Shown: positions 57,585 to 62,787 of the stretch, one piece after another
Numbering within the stretch: position 1 is the first letter of the stretch
Layout: each line of letters begins with the position of its first letter
From: Clostridiales bacterium
GTDB lineage: Bacteria > Bacillota > Clostridia > Oscillospirales > CAG-382
Assembly (NCBI GenBank): GCA_016286245.1
Contig: JAEESG010000003.1
Location: 1-62,787, forward strand
Reading direction: 5' to 3'
Length of the DNA: 62,787 nucleotides
Position numbers and translations under genes: made by a program
Notes under the pieces: model-generated
What the model was told of the DNA's origin: nothing
Database searches by the model: none
Seen by the model: the letters and a program-made list of their open reading frames with translations, nothing else

Positions 57585-57856
57585 TCGGGAGCCCCGACGG
57601 GCAATTCCGCGCACAAATTGCGCTTAAAATATCTGCTCTTGTGCTCGCGGAGAGGTTTTTACTTAAAAATCGGCAAAAGGGTGCGCCTGCGGGCGCAATC
57701 GGGAGCCCCGACGGGCAATTCCGCGCACAAATTGCGCTTAAAATATCTGCTCTTGTGCTCGCGGCGAGGCTTTTACTTAAAAATCGGCAAAAGGGAGCGC
57801 CTGCGGGCGCAATCGGGAGCCCCGACGGGCAATTCCGCGCACAAATTGCGCTTAAA
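57585..57856. repeat. 114-bp tandem repeat, about 2.4 copies
   Basis: Units start at 57585, 57699 and 57813 (TCGGGAGCCCCGACGGGCAATT...), near-identical and containing palindromes. Confidence 0.92.
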
Positions 57857-57911
57857 TTATTGGTTTTTTATGCACGCGGAGAAGCTATTTATATAAAAGA
57901 GCAAACAAATT

Positions 57912-57943
57912 AAAAAGAACCGTAATTTCATTACGGTTCTTTT
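57912..57943. terminator. serS terminator (bidirectional shape)
   Basis: AAAAAGAACCGTAAT/ATTACGGTTCTTTTT. Confidence 0.8.
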
Positions 57944-57957
57944 CTTTATTATTCTGA

Positions 57958-59244
57958 TTATTTTTTCTTTTCAACAAGCGCCTGTCCGCCCATATAAGGA
58001 CGAAGCGCAACGGGAATGCGCACGCTTCCGTCGGCGTTTATATTGTTTTCAAGAAACGCGATAAGGCCTCTCGGCGTTGCAAGCACGGTGTTATTGAGCG
58101 TTGCGACGAGATACGTTCCTTTTTCGCCTTTGGCACGTATCGAAAGGCGTCTTGCCTGCGCGTCGCCGAGCGTCGAGCATGAGCCGACCTCGAAATACTT
58201 CTTTTGTCTCGGGCTCCAAGCCTCTACGTCGCAGCTCTTCACCTTAAGGTCCGCAAGGTCGCCGCTGCAGCATTCGAGCGTTCTTACCGGAATATCGAGG
58301 CTTCTGAAAAATTCAACGGTATAGCTCCACATCTTATTATACCAGTCCATTGCGTCCTCAGGCTTGCAAAGCACTACCATTTCCTGCTTTTCAAACTGGT
58401 GAACCCTATATATTCCGCGTTCCTCTATGCCGTGCGAGCCGACTTCCTTTCTGAAGCACGGCGAATACGACGTGAGCGTGAGCGGAAGCTCGGATTCCTT
58501 TATAATCTGTCCCTTGAATCTTCCTATCATGGAGTGCTCGCTCGTTCCGATAAGGAACAGGTCCTCGCCCTCGATTTTATACATCATGGCGTCCATTTCC
58601 GCAAACGACATAACGCCCGTTACGACGTCGCTTCTTATCATAAACGGCGGAACGCAGTAGGTAAAGCCTTTTCCTATCATAAAATCTCTTGCGTAGCTTA
58701 TCATTGCGGAATGAATTCTCGCAACGTCGCCCATGAGGTAGTAAAAGCCGTTGCCGCTCGTTCTTCCCGCGCTGTCCTTATCAAGTCCGCAAAGCGACTC
58801 GCATATATCAGCGTGATACGGGACCTCGAAATCGGGAACGTTAGGCTCGCCGAATCTTTCGACCTCGACGTTTTCGCTGTCGTCCTTTCCTATCGGAACG
58901 GAGTCGTCGATTATATTCGGAATAATCATCATTTTCTGTCTTAACACGTCCGAAAGCTCCGCTTCCTCTTTTTCGATGAAAGCAAGTCTGTCGTTTATCT
59001 CTCCGACGCGCTTTTTCTTTTCATTTGCCTCTTCGGTTTTCTTTTCCTTCATGAGCGCGCCGATTGCCTGGCTTGTGGTGTTCTTTTCGGCTCTGAGGGC
59101 GTCTCCCTCGCTTTTGAGAGCCCTTACCTTCACGTCAAGCTCTATGCACTCGTCCACGAGAGGCAGTTTTTCGTCCTGAAATTTCTTTTTGATGTTTTCC
59201 TTTACCTTTTCGGGATTTTCTCTTACAAATCTGATGTCCAGCAT
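57958..59244 (-). CDS. serS: serine--tRNA ligase
   Basis: MLDIRFVREN, GTSEH, CFRKE, RVHQFEKQE, EVGSCS, TLNNT. Confidence 0.97.
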   Translation of the reverse strand: MLDIRFVRENPEKVKENIKKKFQDEKLPLVDECIELDVKVRALKSEGDALRAEKNTTSQAIGALMKEKKTEEANEKKKRVGEINDRLAFIEKEEAELSDVLRQKMMIIPNIIDDSVPIGKDDSENVEVERFGEPNVPDFEVPYHADICESLCGLDKDSAGRTSGNGFYYLMGDVARIHSAMISYARDFMIGKGFTYCVPPFMIRSDVVTGVMSFAEMDAMMYKIEGEDLFLIGTSEHSMIGRFKGQIIKESELPLTLTSYSPCFRKEVGSHGIEERGIYRVHQFEKQEMVVLCKPEDAMDWYNKMWSYTVEFFRSLDIPVRTLECCSGDLADLKVKSCDVEAWSPRQKKYFEVGSCSTLGDAQARRLSIRAKGEKGTYLVATLNNTVLATPRGLIAFLENNINADGSVRIPVALRPYMGGQALVEKKK

Positions 59245-59318
59245 TTTTATTTCCTTTCATCCGCCAATTTATTAAATATATTTTATCACAATTTTTTTCA
59301 TATTACAATACTTAAAGA

Positions 59319-59990
59319 CTATTTTTCAAACGACGCGAAAAGTCCGCCCTCGGGGAGCGCCTCAAACGAAACCTCTTTTTTCGAAAACGGGTCGAAAAAC
59401 TCTATTTTCTGCGAAAAAAGCGCGATACCCTGCGGATATTCCGTTTTGCTTCCGTATTTTGAGTCCCCCGCGACGGGATACCCTCTTGACGAAAACTGCA
59501 CCCTTATCTGATGCGTTCTGCCCGTCAGAAGCTTTATTTTTACGAGCGAAAACGGTTTATTTTCAATTTCTTTTTCGTCTGAAACTTCATATTCGAGTAT
59601 TGCCTTTTTTACGCCTTTTCTTTCTTTTTTTACGACGAAGCTCTTGTTTTTTGACGAGTCCTTAAACAGAAAATCCTCCATTTTTCCCGACTTTTCGGGC
59701 AGAATTCCCTCGACTACGGCAAGATATGTCTTTGAAAGCTTTCCGTCCGAGACGATTTTTCCGAGTGATGCGGCGCCCTTTTTACCCGCCGCGTAAATCA
59801 TAACTCCCGACGTTTCGCGGTCCAGTCTGTGAACGGGAAAAACTTCCTTTCCGAGCGCCTTTTCGAGCTCGTTTACCATGCTTTTCGTCTTTTTTTCGTC
59901 CTTTGCCCTCTCGCAAAGCATGCCCGCTTTTTTGACTGCGCAGACGTATTCTTTTTCGGTTTTCAGTATTTTTATATTTTCGTTTTCCAT
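59319..59990 (-). CDS. RluA family pseudouridine synthase
   Basis: VHRLDRETSG, K.YLAVV, LLTGRTHQIRVQ, GD.KYG. Confidence 0.93.
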   Translation of the reverse strand: MENENIKILKTEKEYVCAVKKAGMLCERAKDEKKTKSMVNELEKALGKEVFPVHRLDRETSGVMIYAAGKKGAASLGKIVSDGKLSKTYLAVVEGILPEKSGKMEDFLFKDSSKNKSFVVKKERKGVKKAILEYEVSDEKEIENKPFSLVKIKLLTGRTHQIRVQFSSRGYPVAGDSKYGSKTEYPQGIALFSQKIEFFDPFSKKEVSFEALPEGGLFASFEK

Positions 59991-60120
59991 ATTTTTTCCT
60001 TTGTTTTAATGTAATTATTATAGTTTTACAAAAGGCAAATGTCAAGTAACCGATAATTCTTGAATTATAAAAATCTTTATGTTATAATATTTTTGAAATA
60101 CGAAAAAAGGAGGTGCGGAC

Positions 60121-60741
60121 ATGTGGTTTTCGTGGCTTTTATCGGTTGAAAACGATACCGAAAATGCTCCGGAGGATTTTGCTCTTGCGCAAAAAGCATC
60201 AGGCGGCGACGTTTCGGCTTTTGAAAAAATCGTAAGAAAATACGAAAAATACGTCTGCGCCGTCGTCTTTTCGGTTCTGAAAAACAGAGAGGACGCCTTT
60301 GACGCATCCCAGGAGGTTTTCCTCAAATTATACCACAGCATAGGCACCTTCAAGGGCGAAAGCAGTTTTTCAAGCTGGCTTTACAGAATCGCCAGAAACT
60401 GTGCGCTCGATTTTGTGCGTAAAAATAAAAACAAGCCTTTAAGCCTTACCGTAGGCGAAGACGAAAACGATGCAAAGGAGCTCGACGTGTCCGACACGTC
60501 TGACAAAAACAGCCCCGAAAAATCACTTATAAACAAGGAGCGTCGGGAAATTCTCTACGACGCGATAGAATCTCTTTCCGACGAGCACCGCGAAATTATA
60601 ATTCTGCGGGACATAAACGGATATACATATTCGGAAATTTCGGATATGCTTTCCATCGAGGAAGGCACGGTAAAATCAAGGCTTTTCAGGGCGAGAAGGG
60701 CGCTTAAAGAAATTCTCTCTTCAAAAAAATATTTTCAGTAA
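60121..60741 (+). CDS. ECF RNA polymerase sigma factor
   Basis: DASQEVFLK, FSSWLYRIARN, GTVKSRLFRAR; RBS AGGAGGTG. Confidence 0.93.
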   Translation: MWFSWLLSVENDTENAPEDFALAQKASGGDVSAFEKIVRKYEKYVCAVVFSVLKNREDAFDASQEVFLKLYHSIGTFKGESSFSSWLYRIARNCALDFVRKNKNKPLSLTVGEDENDAKELDVSDTSDKNSPEKSLINKERREILYDAIESLSDEHREIIILRDINGYTYSEISDMLSIEEGTVKSRLFRARRALKEILSSKKYFQ

Positions 60742-60742
60742 A

Positions 60743-60767
60743 GGAACATTTTATAAATATTTCCGTC
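60743..60767 (+). promoter_or_regulatory. putative ECF-type promoter for the anti-sigma gene
   Basis: GGAAC-N16-CGTC immediately after the sigma stop codon. Confidence 0.55.
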
Positions 60768-60804
60768 AAAAGAACGAAAGCTAAAAAAAGGGGGGTGTGC
60801 GGCG

Positions 60805-61788
60805 ATGGGCACGGAAAGACCTGAAACGGGCGCGGATTTTACGTGTGAAAGCGTTAAGGAAAAACTGCTTTGCGGCGAAGAACTGAACAAAGACGAACAA
60901 AATCACCTTTTATCGTGCGAAAGCTGCCGCACGTATTCCGAAGAAATAAAAACAATGCTTGCCGACCTTGAAAATATCGGAAAAGAGTCGGAAAACCTTG
61001 AAAAAGACGGCGTTTCGCTCGCCGACTCGGTCATGAAAGAGGTAAACGTGCGCAAATTTTTCGGAAATACCGAAAAAAAAGGCGGCTTTTCGGCGTGGAC
61101 AAAACATTTCGGGCTCGTTGCGGCGTGTATAGTTCTTCTCATAATGGCGCTGCCGTTCATAAGAAATCAAAAGCTTGAAAACCGCGCCGACACGGCGTCC
61201 GTCGTTTCGGACGGCGATATAAGTCCTTCTCCCGACGCAGATTTGCAATACGACGGCGTGCAAAACGACGCGTCCGAAAGCGATATTGTCGAATACTCCG
61301 TATCGGAAAGCGCTTCCGGCGAATCGGCAGACGAAGAAGAATCCGATAAGACGGCGGAAAGCAAGCCGATTTACGAAATAAAATCCGTTAAAGTCATTCC
61401 TCCTGCCGCAAAAGGCGCTGCCGAAAGTGAAAACGATATTTTATCGGACGGCGCCCAGGTTCCCGAAACGAATTTTGCCGCAGATGAGGGCGCGGATAAA
61501 GAGTCTTTATCCGACGGCGGCGTAAAAATTTCAAACTCATCGATAAACGTCCGCACGACGCCGACGAAAGGCACGGACGAATATAAGGCGATAAAGAAAG
61601 AAGCTATTGAAAGATGCGCCGAAGCGGGCATACAAGTTGTGATAATTATGTTCGAGGAGACGGGCGAAAACGAAGTAACCGCTTTTCTCAAAACGCAAAA
61701 CGGCGAAGTTACGATGATTTTCGAGCTCAATGAAAGCGGAGAATGGCAGTATTCAGACAAAAATCCCGAAGTTATTTCGGAAAAATAA
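60805..61788 (+). CDS. zinc-binding (ZAS) transmembrane anti-sigma factor
   Basis: HLLSCESC (HxxxCxxC), a single TM helix, acidic extracytoplasmic region; follows the ECF sigma. Confidence 0.82.
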   Translation: MGTERPETGADFTCESVKEKLLCGEELNKDEQNHLLSCESCRTYSEEIKTMLADLENIGKESENLEKDGVSLADSVMKEVNVRKFFGNTEKKGGFSAWTKHFGLVAACIVLLIMALPFIRNQKLENRADTASVVSDGDISPSPDADLQYDGVQNDASESDIVEYSVSESASGESADEEESDKTAESKPIYEIKSVKVIPPAAKGAAESENDILSDGAQVPETNFAADEGADKESLSDGGVKISNSSINVRTTPTKGTDEYKAIKKEAIERCAEAGIQVVIIMFEETGENEVTAFLKTQNGEVTMIFELNESGEWQYSDKNPEVISEK

Positions 61789-61810
61789 GTGTTTCTTTCC
61801 ACAAGTCAAG

Positions 61811-61840
61811 AAAAAAGCAGGTCGCAAGACCTGCTTTTTT
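61811..61840. terminator. bidirectional terminator
   Basis: A6-GCAGGTC/GACCTGC-T6. Confidence 0.8.
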
Positions 61841-61853
61841 CTTTATTTTCAAT

Positions 61854-62651
61854 TTACAGTTTTGCCGTTCTCACAAACGCGTACAGTCCAAACGAGACGA
61901 GAAGCATATTTCTTAAAAATTCCGCGCCGTAGTTTTTTTCGCAAACAAGCTGCGGCACGCACACGGCGATGATTACCGAAAAGGTCATCACGCCCGCCGC
62001 AAAAAATCTTCTCTCTCTTGCGTTTAAGTACTTTGCGTTTTTTTCGTCGTTACGGAGCATTACGGAATATTCCGCCTCGCAGATAAAGAAATACATGGCA
62101 AGCACCATGGCAAGCATCGTAAACGAGCGGTCGGACGCGTTTATCTGCGTATTTACGTCGAGAAACGCCGAAATTACGGCGCACGCCGTATAAATTGCGG
62201 GAAACGTCGGAAACAGGCTGTTTTCGGGAGAAAACCTCTCTTTTCCGAAAGCCGCGAAAGCAAAGTAAAGCGCCGAAAGCAGTGAGAAAACCATGCACGC
62301 CGTCGGCAAAAGTTCGAGTTTCATGGTCTTTACGGTGTTCAAGATATAATATACCGTAAGCGCCGAAAACGCAAGCGCGCACACGAATGCGCCTATTCGC
62401 ACCGCCGTCGTTTTAAACAGCGGTTTTCTGTCTTTCTCGTTCCATTTGAGTGCAAAAGATATTATTACGGGAATTATCACAAGTACCGCAGCAGCGCAAA
62501 GAAACAGATTTCCCGCCGTTGCGCTGGTATAAAGTCCGTTTGATTCCTCAACGTAATTTTTCAGTATAAAAATTCTGAAAACCGCGGCAAGCGCCGAAAG
62601 AACCGCGAATACAACGCAGATTATTCTTATCTTTTTTATTTCGTCATACAT
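61854..62651 (-). CDS. hypothetical polytopic membrane protein
   Basis: About eight hydrophobic segments; RBS GGAG; no family recognised. Confidence 0.75.
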   Translation of the reverse strand: MYDEIKKIRIICVVFAVLSALAAVFRIFILKNYVEESNGLYTSATAGNLFLCAAAVLVIIPVIISFALKWNEKDRKPLFKTTAVRIGAFVCALAFSALTVYYILNTVKTMKLELLPTACMVFSLLSALYFAFAAFGKERFSPENSLFPTFPAIYTACAVISAFLDVNTQINASDRSFTMLAMVLAMYFFICEAEYSVMLRNDEKNAKYLNARERRFFAAGVMTFSVIIAVCVPQLVCEKNYGAEFLRNMLLVSFGLYAFVRTAKL

Positions 62652-62667
62652 AATTTTTCTCCCGAAT

Positions 62668-62787
62668 TTATTTTTTTGTATTCTTATTGTTTCTCAGTTC
62701 CCGAAAGAAGTCGGAAAGAAGCGACGCGCACTCCTTTTCGAGTATTCCGCCGAAAACGTTCGGCTTATGGTTATATCCTATTTCGTT
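62668..62787 (-). CDS. tadA: tRNA adenosine(34) deaminase, 3' end only (cut by the window edge)
   Basis: Manual translation NEIGYNHKPNVFGGILEKECASLLSDFFRELRNNKNTKK-stop matches the TadA C-terminal pattern. Confidence 0.75.
   Translation of the reverse strand, partial: NEIGYNHKPNVFGGILEKECASLLSDFFRELRNNKNTKK

Noticed and set aside
57585-57856. Possible CRISPR array (44-bp repeat x3)
   Set aside because: The two 70-bp intervening segments are near-identical rather than unique, and no cas genes are present
57138-57913. ORFs 57138-57563, 57509-57913 and 57618-57896
   Set aside because: They overlap the tRNA and repeats; the 38-aa periodicity just reflects the 114-bp unit; no convincing RBS
59245-59318. 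T-box leader for serS
   Set aside because: The gap is only about 74 bp, holds a plain TTGTAA-17-TAAAAT promoter and lacks the T-box motif

Overview
Core chromosomal segment of a spore-forming Clostridia-class (Bacillota) anaerobe, most genes on the minus strand. In window order: tandem strong sigma-A promoters pointing off the left edge (probably an rRNA operon leader); sigF-spoIIAB-spoIIAA; a gerK-type germination operon; a domain-inverted GH3 beta-glucosidase; pyruvate:ferredoxin oxidoreductase; a four-gene secreted cohesin/X-dockerin cluster with no recognisable CAZyme; trxA, rsmA, oppA, an S1-domain protein, an RNHCP protein, a DnaC-like ATPase and a ZIP transporter; a ZMP/ZTP-riboswitch-controlled purine operon that also carries a formate channel and fhs (split PurH, PurF lacking its catalytic Cys); two paralogous large SLH surface proteins with matching WalR-like boxes; a stand-alone mini-ferredoxin; rnj-dnaD-YhaN-like ATPase; a CobW GTPase pair; an orphan phage-type holin cassette behind a LexA-like box, one gene of which appears to start at ATA and is missing from the ORF track; an AbrB/ABC module; two highly structured hairpin-ladder repeat elements and a 114-bp tandem array around an SLH gene and tRNA-Val; serS, an RluA enzyme, an ECF sigma/anti-sigma pair and the 3' end of tadA. 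I see no CRISPR array, intact prophage or transposase. All family calls come from recognising motifs by eye; no searches were run. Best novelty candidates: the cohesin-dockerin display cluster, the orphan SOS-box holin pair and the hairpin-ladder elements.
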